NCBI GenBank assembly: GCA_964526655.1
Contig: CAZGIZ010000003.1
Span: 851 to 64,850 of the forward strand
Origin: an uncultured Desulfobacteraceae bacterium
GTDB taxonomy: Bacteria > Desulfobacterota > DSM-4660 > Desulfatiglandales > HGW-15
DNA: 64,000 nt
Direction: 5' to 3'
The translations under genes and the position numbers were made by a program. Of the stretch, positions 18,158 to 27,336 are shown piece after piece. Under the pieces are notes generated by a model. The model made no database searches and was not told the origin of the DNA. It saw only the letters and a program-made list of their open reading frames with translations. Each line of letters starts with the position of its first letter. The stretch's first letter is position 1.

Positions 18158-18940
18158 ATGGCGGCCGAAGACAGAAAAGAATTTGCATACAGGGTACAGG
18201 CCCTCGAAAGGGCCCTGGATATACTCGAGTGTTTTTCCCTTCAGGACAGGGAATTGACCCTCTCAGAGGTGGCCGTTAAAACCGGGCTCAATAAAACAAC
18301 GGCTAAAAGGCTTATATCTAATCTCACTGTAAGGGGCTATCTTAGAAGGCTTGATTCAAAGCGCTATCAATTGGGTCTCAGATTGTTTGAGCTGGGAGGT
18401 ATTGTCCAGTCATCATTAAATCTTCGTGAGGCCACTTCCGCTCCCATGTTTCAAATTCAGAAAGAGACAGGAGCGACGGTACTATTGGGAACGGTAATGG
18501 AAGATCAGCTTGCATTGATTGATAAGAGGGAGGGGCGGAGTTTCATCAGGATCTCCGCTGATGTGGGCTGGAGGGGGCCCCTGCACTATGGGATGTTAGG
18601 CATGGTATTGATGGCCTTTCTTGAGCCCCAAGAGGTAAGAAAAATTCTCAAAAAGGATAAACTGCAGGCCTATACCCCATTTTCCATAACGAATGAGGAG
18701 GCCTTCAGTCTGAAACTTGAGCATATCAGGAACCAGGGGTATGTGATAGAAAAAAACGAAGCAGTCGAAGGTATCGTGGGGATCGCAGCCCCGATCAGGG
18801 ATTTCTCCCGCCAGGTAATCGCGGCTTTAGGGATAGTGCTCACAAACGATCAGGCCGGAAACGGGATGAACGAATATGTTGAACTTGTAAAAAAGAGCTG
18901 TGAAAAGATTTCCCGAGAGCTGGGGTACCTTACGATCTAA
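18158..18940 (+). CDS. IclR-family transcriptional regulator
   Basis: 260 aa with an N-terminal wHTH (LERALDILECF...LTLSEVAVKTGLNKTTAKRLISNL) and a C-terminal IclR effector-domain pattern. Confidence 0.85.
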   Translation: MAAEDRKEFAYRVQALERALDILECFSLQDRELTLSEVAVKTGLNKTTAKRLISNLTVRGYLRRLDSKRYQLGLRLFELGGIVQSSLNLREATSAPMFQIQKETGATVLLGTVMEDQLALIDKREGRSFIRISADVGWRGPLHYGMLGMVLMAFLEPQEVRKILKKDKLQAYTPFSITNEEAFSLKLEHIRNQGYVIEKNEAVEGIVGIAAPIRDFSRQVIAALGIVLTNDQAGNGMNEYVELVKKSCEKISRELGYLTI

Positions 18941-19767
18941 TCCGGATCAATGTCTTTTCCTCTGATCCGTTTCTCTCCGCACGGCACGATGAAACCTGAT
19001 TTCTTGTCCATGCATACCAGCGTCATATTAAGTTTTAACCCTAATTCCACGGCCATTGAAGTAGGATGCGATATGCTAATCAAGATGGGAATGCTTGCGC
19101 GCGCGGCCTTCTGGATAATCTCGAAGCTGATCCTGGAGGAAACCACGGCCAGAAACACGTCAGAGAGTCTATGCCCCAGGAACAGGGCTCCGATTGACTT
19201 GTCCATCGCATTATGGCGTCCAACATCCTCCGCCTTCACAATGATATCAAGTCCCGAATCAAAGAGCATGACGGCGTGTGTTCCCCGTGTTCGAGTGTAA
19301 TACTCCTGGTGCCGGAAAAATTTGTTTACGCATTCAAGAACCTGCTTGTAACTTATCCCGGATTCTCCATCAACAGCCTTCAGATTATCGGTCAAATCCT
19401 CTATCATCTCCCTGCCGCATATCCCGCAACTGGTCTGGCTGAGAAAGCCCCCTCTCTCAAGCTGTCCCGTAACCGATTTCTTTCTCTTGTCATTCAATTG
19501 GATCATGATGCTGTTTTCATCTATATCGCTGCAGAAACCTATTGAGGCAAAATCCTCAGGAGTATCAACCAGTCCTTCCGAAAGGCAGAAACCTGCCGCG
19601 TGCGCGATCTCATCACCCGGAGTCCGCATAACCACGGCGTAGGGCCTGCCTTCCACGTTTATCAGCAGGGGCTCCTCTCGTACAAAATCCTGCATGTATC
19701 TGTTCATAAGACCATCTTCATAACGCGCAAGATCATAGGTCTCTAATACTTGTCTATTCCCTTCCAT
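18937..19767 (-). CDS. fdhD: FdhD-type sulfurtransferase / formate dehydrogenase accessory protein
   Basis: 276 aa with the FdhD signature SCGICG and C-terminal VSSRISFEIIQKAARASIPIL. Confidence 0.8.
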   Translation of the reverse strand: MEGNRQVLETYDLARYEDGLMNRYMQDFVREEPLLINVEGRPYAVVMRTPGDEIAHAAGFCLSEGLVDTPEDFASIGFCSDIDENSIMIQLNDKRKKSVTGQLERGGFLSQTSCGICGREMIEDLTDNLKAVDGESGISYKQVLECVNKFFRHQEYYTRTRGTHAVMLFDSGLDIIVKAEDVGRHNAMDKSIGALFLGHRLSDVFLAVVSSRISFEIIQKAARASIPILISISHPTSMAVELGLKLNMTLVCMDKKSGFIVPCGEKRIRGKDIDPD

Positions 19768-20145
19768 AATCTTCTCCGTAAATCCGCATCCCGAATACTA
19801 TATCTCAGGAATGAAGCTCCCTCCCATTATGCTGTCTTCGGGTGCGTCAATTTATACAATCGCTTCGCGATTCTATACAAGGCGGCTTGTCTGCCCTGAC
19901 CGGCTTGTCTGCCTCTGGCAGGCTTGACCGCTCTAAAAATGGAAATTCCTAAGCTATCAAGTTTAACCTAATACAATATAAGGCTCCATTGTTTTATTTT
20001 CCATGAAATGGGACAAATAGTTGATGGATAGCCGATAAAATCAGTGCTTTCAGCTGCCTCTGATGTATGGAGCCCCTTAGATAGGGCCATATCCCTTACA
20101 TGCCCTATTTTGAATCTGCGGCGGACAAGGGGTTGCTTCTCCGCT

Positions 20146-20174
20146 GCTTGTCGAAGCGAAGCGGAGATCCCGCT
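20146..20174. repeat. 29-nt dispersed repeat, copy 2 (GCTTGTCGAAGCGAAGCGGAGATCCCGCT)
   Basis: See 4346-4374. It lies just downstream of the CoA-ligase gene. Confidence 0.6.
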
Positions 20175-20294
20175 TATCGGGGCGGCGTTAAATTGCCTTT
20201 GTGGATACCCAGCTACTCTGCGGCGGGGCAGTTCATTTCTCCTGGAGGGAAGAGAGAGCCTGATGGCTCAGACCAAAGGGAACCGGGTCCTGTC

Positions 20295-21878
20295 TTACAG
20301 GTCGCGAAGCCTGAACCTTTGTATCTTTCCGGTCGAGCTTTTTGGCAGCTCCTTTACGAACTCGATCCATCGCGGATATTTGTATTTGGCCAATCTTTCC
20401 AGGACCCATTTTTGTAATTCTTTGGCAAGTTCATCCCTGGGTTCTACTCCTTCACGAAGGATGACAAAGGCCTTCGGCTTGGTAAGGCCCTTTTCATCCT
20501 CGTGACCGATAACCGCGGTCTCAAGAACCGCCGGATGGCTTGTCAGACAATTTTCAACCTCCAGGGGAGAGACCCAAATGCCTCCGACCTTTAACATATC
20601 GTCAGACCTGCCTGCACACCAGTAGAATCCGTCCTTGTCCATATAGTATTTGTCACCCGTATTTATCCATTCCCCGACCATGGTCTGGCGGGATTTCTCC
20701 CTCTTGCGCCAGTACATCTGGGCGGCGCTTGCACCCTTTACCATAAGGGTGCCCGTCTCCCCCTGGGGCACCTCGTTTCCTTCGTCATCCAGGAGTTTGA
20801 TCTCATAGCCCGGGACCGGCTTTCCCGTGGAGCCGGGCTTCAATTCTCCTGGACGGTTTGAGAGGAAGATATGGCCCATCTCCGTTGACCCGATCCCATC
20901 CAGGATATCAACACCATAGCGTTTTTTCCAACGATCATAGATATCGATGGGAAGGGCCTCCCCGGCGGATACGCATATCCGCACAGATGAGAGGGCATGA
21001 TCCGAATTCGGGTCCAGGTCTTCACCTGTCTCTTTATCCAGGCGGTACTGGTATTCCAGCATCTGGCCATAGAGGGTAGGGACCCCGAAAAAGATAGTGG
21101 GCCTGTACTTTATGAGATACTCAAAGACATTCTCCGGTTTGGGAGCCTGGGGATTCAGGACAACGGAGCATCCCGCGTACATGGGGAAAAAGACACTGTT
21201 CCCGAGTCCATAGGAGAAAAACATGCGCGCGGCGGAAAAAATAACATCATCCTCCTTGATACCCAGGACCTTTTTGGCATAGGACTCGGAGGTCACAACC
21301 ATGTCATACTGGGAATGGATGGCCCCCTTAGGTGCACCAGTGGAACCTGAGCTGTACAACCAGAATCCGACGTCATCCCTTGTCGTAAAGGCCGTCTTGA
21401 TATCGGCCGTGGCGCGTTTATATTTCTGTTTGAATGGTATCCTCGCGCCTTCGACCTCGGATACTACGACAATATCGCGGAGATAGGGGAGGTCCCCCTG
21501 GATATTATTGATCACGGGCAAAAGCTCCTCGGAGACGGCGAGCACGCGGGAACGGCTGTCGTTCAGATAGAACTCATAATCATCAGGTGTCAGCATCGTG
21601 TTTACGGGAATGGGAACGGCGCCGATCCTGATTGATCCCCAGAACATTGCATAGAACTGCGGGATATCGAGCATCAGTATCATTACCTTGTCTTCGATAC
21701 GCACCCCCAGATCGCGCATGGCGTTCGCCGTCTTGTTCACCATTTTTTGGATTTCATTGTAGGTGTAGTTACGGTAGTCCGTGTAGATGGCCGCTTTATG
21801 GCCCCTTCCCTGGCGAATATTCCGGTCTATAAAAAAGTCGGTCGCGTTAAAAAAATCCGGTATTTCCTGCTGAGACAT
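20295..21878 (-). CDS. benzoate-CoA ligase-type AMP-forming acyl-CoA synthetase (BamY/BclA-like)
   Basis: 527 aa with adenylate-forming motifs (YSSGSTGAPKG, GEWINTGDKY, SSTGKIQR). The N-terminal pattern is typical of aromatic acid-CoA ligases (FFNATDFFIDRNI...GRGHKAAIY). Confidence 0.8.
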   Translation of the reverse strand: MSQQEIPDFFNATDFFIDRNIRQGRGHKAAIYTDYRNYTYNEIQKMVNKTANAMRDLGVRIEDKVMILMLDIPQFYAMFWGSIRIGAVPIPVNTMLTPDDYEFYLNDSRSRVLAVSEELLPVINNIQGDLPYLRDIVVVSEVEGARIPFKQKYKRATADIKTAFTTRDDVGFWLYSSGSTGAPKGAIHSQYDMVVTSESYAKKVLGIKEDDVIFSAARMFFSYGLGNSVFFPMYAGCSVVLNPQAPKPENVFEYLIKYRPTIFFGVPTLYGQMLEYQYRLDKETGEDLDPNSDHALSSVRICVSAGEALPIDIYDRWKKRYGVDILDGIGSTEMGHIFLSNRPGELKPGSTGKPVPGYEIKLLDDEGNEVPQGETGTLMVKGASAAQMYWRKREKSRQTMVGEWINTGDKYYMDKDGFYWCAGRSDDMLKVGGIWVSPLEVENCLTSHPAVLETAVIGHEDEKGLTKPKAFVILREGVEPRDELAKELQKWVLERLAKYKYPRWIEFVKELPKSSTGKIQRFRLRDL

Positions 21879-22030
21879 CTATTTTCCTTCCCTGGGCCCT
21901 TATGGGTGAGTGGGCCCATTTTTAAAGGTCTTAAAATCCGGTACTCTGGATCGGGTCAGAGTTCATAGACTCTGCCTGGAAGATAATTATCCGGCAGTGT
22001 CTATCTCTTCAAGATAATATAATAAAAGCA

Positions 22031-22132
22031 GGCGTAAGGCGTAAGGCGCAAGGCTAAAGGTTCCCTAAAAATAAAGTTTAAGGATTTTATTGTTGTTCCC
22101 TGCGCCCTACGCCTTCAGCCCTTAGCCTTCGG
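22031..22132. repeat. intergenic hairpin built from heptads (GCNNAAG)x4 and their inverted complements
   Basis: GCGTAAG GCGTAAG GCGCAAG GCTAAAG (22031-22058) faces CCCT GCGCCCT ACGCCTT CAGCCCT TAGCCTT CGGC (22097-22132). Confidence 0.6.
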
Positions 22133-22241
22133 CTGATATTATCTTTCAGAGACACACACTGCCTTCCTAAGTTTGTAGAATCCTGTGGTGTCGGATATTC
22201 ATTTCAACACAAAAGCCGGGTCCTCCGGGCTCGGATCTTTA

Positions 22242-23576
22242 CTAATATTTGCCGTACTTTTCCGCTGCTTCCAGAAGGGCCCGGGTCGTGTCCGCCTTTC
22301 CTTCATCCAGACCAGCTCCCGTGGTCAATATATAACCCCCGTCAGTCCCGCAGGTCTCGATCAGTTTCCTGCAATATTCATCCACCTGCGCGGCGCTGCC
22401 AGTAACCATCATGCTGGTCGGAACATTCCCCGCAATACATACAGTGTCGCCTATCTGCTTTTTTGCCTCTGCCAGATCTGTCTGGTCAAAGAGCCAAAAT
22501 GTCGTGCCCTTGGGGAGTTCCTTGAGATATTTGAGCCTTGAATTGTAACCGCCTTCCGCGAACAGATATGGGACACATCCCTCCATGACAAGGCCCAAAA
22601 TAACAGCCTTGAGACTCGGCCAGTAGATCTCCTTGAACTGTTCATCCGACATGAATCCGTCCGCCCCTTTGTGCAAGGGCATGAACACAATGGGATTGCC
22701 ACTAATATTGACAGCCCTGACAGCCCCTTTGATCTGTAAAGGCGTCAACCGTTCCATGGCATTTTGAATGGCCTGGGAATTTCTGAACATGTCCATGATC
22801 ATCCCCCTTGATGCCCTCATAGTGTCGGCCAGGATGTCGAAGGGGGCCTTTGCACCGCCTCCAGTGTGCATGGGGAAACCCATTTCGGTCATTATTTTAT
22901 ATCGATACTTCCCAAGGGCCTCTCTTACCTTTAACATCTCTTCACCAGCGTCTGCCAGTCTGTTAAGGGCCTCCCGCATACCCGGCAATCCGAAGTTCGC
23001 AAGGTTATGGACATTCGGGAGCTCGATGATACCATTCAGCGGAGCTAATGAAGAAAAAGGCTCCATTAAACCGAAAATCCTCGGCAGGTAGGATCTCAGC
23101 CAGAAATCAGAGGGATCCTCGATCAGGGCCTCGTATTCTTCCGCTTTCATCCATTCCCCTTCGACGGCCTGGAAAGATACATTGTCATTCAGGCCGTGAC
23201 CAGGCCATTTGTAGAGGCGATAGTCCAGCAGCTCCATGGCCCTGCCTATTCCGCAGTAAGAAGGCCCCTTCATCAAATCGCTGGGATATTCTCCTGCGAA
23301 GCGGAGCCAGGTATCTACTGCCAGGTCAATGTCATACATAAATTCCCTGCAATTGACGCCGTATATAAAGCAGGGGAGGAAACTTGCGGGTGACAGTGTG
23401 GGTACACGGTCGGGCGTCTTTTCAAGGGTTATGGCATCGACCACCCTTTGGACCCGGGCCCGGTAGGTCTCTTTTATCTCTTCGGATGCAAATTCAGTAT
23501 TGGGAGGATTCATCCAGGTATCGAATCTTGCCTTCTGGCGCTCCTTTTCAGTCATATCTTTCCATTCTGTGGCCAT
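22242..23576 (-). CDS. uroporphyrinogen-decarboxylase (URO-D) superfamily protein, function unknown
   Basis: 444 aa. The overall pattern matches the long URO-D-like / MtaA-like family (PFDILADTMRASRGMIMDMF, YWPSLKAVILGL, FAEGGYNSRL, GNVPTSMMVTGSAAQVDEYCRKLIE, GGYILTTGAGL). The assignment is from memory, not a search. Confidence 0.5.
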   Translation of the reverse strand: MATEWKDMTEKERQKARFDTWMNPPNTEFASEEIKETYRARVQRVVDAITLEKTPDRVPTLSPASFLPCFIYGVNCREFMYDIDLAVDTWLRFAGEYPSDLMKGPSYCGIGRAMELLDYRLYKWPGHGLNDNVSFQAVEGEWMKAEEYEALIEDPSDFWLRSYLPRIFGLMEPFSSLAPLNGIIELPNVHNLANFGLPGMREALNRLADAGEEMLKVREALGKYRYKIMTEMGFPMHTGGGAKAPFDILADTMRASRGMIMDMFRNSQAIQNAMERLTPLQIKGAVRAVNISGNPIVFMPLHKGADGFMSDEQFKEIYWPSLKAVILGLVMEGCVPYLFAEGGYNSRLKYLKELPKGTTFWLFDQTDLAEAKKQIGDTVCIAGNVPTSMMVTGSAAQVDEYCRKLIETCGTDGGYILTTGAGLDEGKADTTRALLEAAEKYGKY

Positions 23577-24038
23577 TGTTCCCCCTCGATTTTTTTGGGG
23601 GGATCTTAGATAATTTTGAAGATCAGGTCAAGAACGAGATATTCCAATTATTTTAATATTCAATTCACTGATTTTCCTGATAAAATACAATTTTCCTTAT
23701 CCCGGTGAGATTTATTAGGGGGTAAAAAAAGAGCTTGACAAATCATCAAGCCCTATATGATTATATTTTTATAATGTTATAAAGATATATCGTTACAAAT
23801 CAGGTCCCGGGGCGTATTAATGAGGCAGAAGTTACTAAACTCCTGATTCATGTGCCCGATATTTCTTAAATAAATCGTTTCGGGCCGGCGTAACCCCTGA
23901 AGCATTAACAAACAACCTCTACCCGTTTAATCCAAATAGGAAAAATCATTATCAACCCTGCATTTCATGTGGGTATGGCGGAACAATCCCACAGGATATA
24001 ATATCAATTTAATCTCAATTTATTCTATTTTTTATTAA

Positions 24039-25907
24039 ATGAGATGTGAAATGTCACGCGGTTATCAAGAAAAAATACTATGGGTGGATTTAAGTGAAAA
24101 CGAGTTCAAGGAAGAAATCCTCGATGAGGAGATTTGCAGACAATTTGTAGGAGGCTATGGCCTTGGCGCCAAAATCCTTTATGATCGACAACAACCCGGG
24201 GCAGACCCGCTAAGCGCCGATAATAATATCGGGATCATTACCGGGCCTTTGACTGGTACGGCAGCCATCGGTGGGTCACGCTATACGCTGGTGGGTAAAT
24301 CGCCTCTGACCGGCGGCTGGGGGGATGCCAACTCCGGTGGCTATTTTGGTCCCTACCTGAAGTTTGCAGGCTACGATGCTGTCTTTGTGGCCGGTGCAGC
24401 CAAAAAGCCCGTGTACCTTTTTATTAATAACGGCCGTCCAGAGCTACGCGATGCCAATCATTTATGGGGCAAAGATTGTTATGAAACCGAAGATATACTC
24501 ATAGCTGAATTGGGCCGCGGGGTGAAAGTGGCCTGTATAGGACAGGCCGGGGAGAATATGGTCAGGTTCGCGGCAGTAATGAACGACCACGGCAGGGCCG
24601 CGGGCCGTTCGGGCCTCGGGGCCGTGTTGGGTTCTAAGAAACTCAAGGCCGTTGTTGTCGGAGGCCATATGAGGGTGCCGGTTGCAGACAGGCAAAGATT
24701 GGATGACCTCAGAAAGAAATACCGTCCCCTGCTCACCAATACCATCGATTGGCTGGGAAACCACGGGACTGCTTTTGTGACTGCCGGTTCGGCCCACAGC
24801 GGTGATTCACCCGTAAAAAACTGGGGCGGGGTCGGGATTTTGGATTTCCCGGATGTGGAGGCCCTGCGGGCGGAAAACATCACCTCCCTTCGTACCAAAA
24901 AATATGCCTGCTACGGCTGCCCCATTGGATGCGGGGCCAACATGAAGGCCGGTACGGGCGAATATCGATACGAAGCAGGCTGCCACCGGCCTGAATACGA
25001 AACCCTGGCCATGATGGGTTCCAACTGCCTCAACAACAACCTTCATTCCATAATAAAACTCAACGACATGTGCAATCGTTACGGTCTGGATACTATTTCG
25101 ACGGGTGCGGTATTGGCCTTTGTCATGGAATGCCGGGAAAAGGGTCTGCTTACTGCAGCCGATACGGACGGCATTGAGATGAACTGGGGAAATCACCGCT
25201 CCATGGTGGAAATGACCGAAAAGCTTGCCAATCGCGAGGGTTTCGGTGACGTAATCGCCGACGGAGTTAAGTTGGCCGCCGAAAGGATTGGAAAAAAGTC
25301 CGATGCCTATGCCATGCATATCCAGGGGCAGGAACTCCCAGCCCATGATCCCAAGCACGATTATCACTGGGGTCTGGCCTATATACTGGACCCCACCCCT
25401 GCGCGTCATTCCCAAAACGCCGAAATCTTCAAGCCAATGGGCGAAGTGGTTCACGCTGATAGAAAATACTTCAAAGACGAAGGCAAAGGCTACCGTACCA
25501 CCACGGCGTTGCAGCATGTGGTAAACAGCTCGGGGTTGTGTGCCTTTGTCTACAGTTGCTTTCCCCATGTGGAGGTCTTTGCTGAATTCATGGCTGCGGC
25601 GACAGGCTGGGACCGATCCATAGAGGATCTGGTTCCCGCCGGGGAGAGGATCCTCGCCATGCGTCAGGCCTTCAATTTGAAGGAAGGGCTGAACACGGCC
25701 ACCTATAAAATACCTGGCCGGATGTTGGGCGACCCTCCCTTTAAAGAGGGTCCCCTGACCGACGTGAGCCTCGACAGGTCAAACCTGTTAAAAACCTGTT
25801 TCGCGGCCCTCGAATGGGATGAAAATACAGCCAAACCGAAAAAAGCGAAGCTGCTGGAGCTGGGGTTGGAGGATCTGGCCCAGCAGCTCTGGGAAAGGGC
25901 TGTTTGA
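24039..25907 (+). CDS. aldehyde:ferredoxin oxidoreductase family tungsto-/molybdopterin enzyme (AOR-1)
   Basis: 622 aa with GKSPLTGGWGDANSGGYFGPYLKFAGYD, GRAAGRSGLGAVLGSKKLKAVVV, CYGCPIGCG and EYETLAMMGSNC. An alternative in-frame start is at 24051. Confidence 0.9.
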   Translation: MRCEMSRGYQEKILWVDLSENEFKEEILDEEICRQFVGGYGLGAKILYDRQQPGADPLSADNNIGIITGPLTGTAAIGGSRYTLVGKSPLTGGWGDANSGGYFGPYLKFAGYDAVFVAGAAKKPVYLFINNGRPELRDANHLWGKDCYETEDILIAELGRGVKVACIGQAGENMVRFAAVMNDHGRAAGRSGLGAVLGSKKLKAVVVGGHMRVPVADRQRLDDLRKKYRPLLTNTIDWLGNHGTAFVTAGSAHSGDSPVKNWGGVGILDFPDVEALRAENITSLRTKKYACYGCPIGCGANMKAGTGEYRYEAGCHRPEYETLAMMGSNCLNNNLHSIIKLNDMCNRYGLDTISTGAVLAFVMECREKGLLTAADTDGIEMNWGNHRSMVEMTEKLANREGFGDVIADGVKLAAERIGKKSDAYAMHIQGQELPAHDPKHDYHWGLAYILDPTPARHSQNAEIFKPMGEVVHADRKYFKDEGKGYRTTTALQHVVNSSGLCAFVYSCFPHVEVFAEFMAAATGWDRSIEDLVPAGERILAMRQAFNLKEGLNTATYKIPGRMLGDPPFKEGPLTDVSLDRSNLLKTCFAALEWDENTAKPKKAKLLELGLEDLAQQLWERAV

Positions 25908-26015
25908 AATAAATGGTTAGCATCAGGTGACTCTGATAAAACCGCAAAAATGAAGTATTAACCGTATGTAGTGAGGGCCAAGACTGTTTACTTTAATTGT
26001 GAAAGGAGGAAAGAG

Positions 26016-27248
26016 ATGGAAACGAAAGTGATGAAAAGGTTCGGATTGAAAGGTACCAGGAGCTCGATTGTTGCCGTCACACTTGTTTTTTTGCTTGTAT
26101 GCGGGCTGGCCGTGACCCTGCCCGGGGCCGCGCAGGCAAAGGACAAGACCCTCAAGATCGGTTATCTCCTGTGCCTGAGCGGCTGGTATTCGGTCTTTGA
26201 CGCTGTTGAGGAAGGGCATGTCAAGATCGTGGCCCAGATGATAAACGATAGGGGCGGTCTGACCATAAAAGGGGAAAAATACATGATTGAACTGGTGGGT
26301 GAAGACGGCAAAAGCACTCTCGACGGCATCACTGCCGGAGCCAACCGCCTGGCCTATGACCAAGAGGTGAAATTTGTGGTGGGGCCAACGGGTTTCTTTT
26401 CCACAGGATCATCCCCCGTGTTTGAGCAGAACCGGATATTGCACGTCTCCGGGTATGTATCCAATCAACCGGGTGAACTGGATTCAAGCACTCCCTATGG
26501 ATTTTTAGCCTTCGACGCGAGCGTCGGCACTACCATCGGGGCCATGAAGGCCATGAAGAAAGAATATCCCGATGTGAAAAAAATCGCCATCGTTACCCCG
26601 GACGACGGGGCCATACCCTATCTGATTCCCATTGTGAAAAATTTGATGACCGAAAAGGGATACACCGTGGTAGGGGATGCCGTGGCATTCCCTAATGAGA
26701 TGGAGGATTTCAGCCCTATCGCGGCAAAGCTGAACGCCATTAAGGATGCCGACGCCGTGTTTGTGGAAAACGGCAGCCCCGTGGCCGTGGGCATGATCGC
26801 CAAAGGGTTGAGGGCCCTGGGCAACAACAAGCCCGTGGTCTACCAGGGCCTGTCTTCGTGCAAGGATATCCGGGCCATTGCAGGGAAAGAGGCGTCCAAC
26901 GACATCATTACCATGGGTCTGACGCCCCTGGCCAAGGGTAACCCCCCTCTCATGGACGAGGTCTACAAAAGGAGCGGAAACAAGGAACCTATCTTTTTAT
27001 TTAATCCAAACGGTTTGTGGGTCCTTGCCAAGGTGATTCAGGCCGCCGACAGCCTGGATCCTGCAAAAGTAAAGGCAAAATGGGAGACAATGGATACGGT
27101 AGAGTGCCTCTTCGGAACGGGTATCTTTAGCGGAGACAAGACATATGGACTCAAACATCATGCCTTGGGTCATCCGCTACCCTACCAGAAGCTGGTGAAC
27201 GGGGAGGTCATCTACGGCGGCTGGATCGACGTGGGTCCCATACCATAA
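26016..27248 (+). CDS. ABC transporter substrate-binding protein, Leu/Ile/Val-binding (Peripla_BP_6) type
   Basis: Has a signal-peptide-like N-terminus (SIVAVTLVFLLVCGLAVTLPGAAQA) and a LivK-like fold pattern. ATG 26016 follows the RBS GAAAGGAGG; the ORF track starts at 25971. Confidence 0.8.
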   Translation: METKVMKRFGLKGTRSSIVAVTLVFLLVCGLAVTLPGAAQAKDKTLKIGYLLCLSGWYSVFDAVEEGHVKIVAQMINDRGGLTIKGEKYMIELVGEDGKSTLDGITAGANRLAYDQEVKFVVGPTGFFSTGSSPVFEQNRILHVSGYVSNQPGELDSSTPYGFLAFDASVGTTIGAMKAMKKEYPDVKKIAIVTPDDGAIPYLIPIVKNLMTEKGYTVVGDAVAFPNEMEDFSPIAAKLNAIKDADAVFVENGSPVAVGMIAKGLRALGNNKPVVYQGLSSCKDIRAIAGKEASNDIITMGLTPLAKGNPPLMDEVYKRSGNKEPIFLFNPNGLWVLAKVIQAADSLDPAKVKAKWETMDTVECLFGTGIFSGDKTYGLKHHALGHPLPYQKLVNGEVIYGGWIDVGPIP

Positions 27249-27272
27249 ATAACTGTTAAACATTGGTGAAAT

Positions 27273-27317
27273 GACCTGCCGGCTAAAGTGTGAATTTCCA
27301 CTTAATAGCGGCAGGTC
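27273..27317 (+). terminator. hairpin between the binding-protein and permease genes (possible attenuator or mRNA stabiliser)
   Basis: GACCTGCCG (27273-27281) pairs with CGGCAGGTC (27309-27317): a perfect 9-bp stem with a long loop, followed by TTAATTTAT. Confidence 0.35.
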
Positions 27318-27336
27318 TTAATTTATAGGACACCGA

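Noticed and set aside
20044-20505. ORFs 20044..20505 and 20100..20417 on the + strand
   Set aside because: They overlap the 3' end of the CoA-ligase gene in antisense and the 29-nt repeat. Their composition is typical of non-coding or antisense sequence.
23577-24038. Possible Moco/Wco riboswitch in the long AT-rich leader of AOR-1 (checked likewise upstream of AOR-2 and AOR-3)
   Set aside because: I could not find the conserved core sequences or the paired architecture I associate with the Moco RNA motif. AOR-2 and AOR-3 have leaders of only ~40 nt. A covariance-model scan would be needed to be sure. A TTGACA at 23735-23740 has no unambiguous -10 partner.
24807-25568. 253-aa ORF antisense to AOR-1; similar long antisense ORFs occur at 45716..46513, 54668..55135 and 24479..24898
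   Set aside because: The opposite strand encodes proteins with clear AOR-family motifs along the full length. The antisense ORFs have no RBS, show Arg/Gly/Pro-rich shadow-frame composition, and carry no recognisable motifs.
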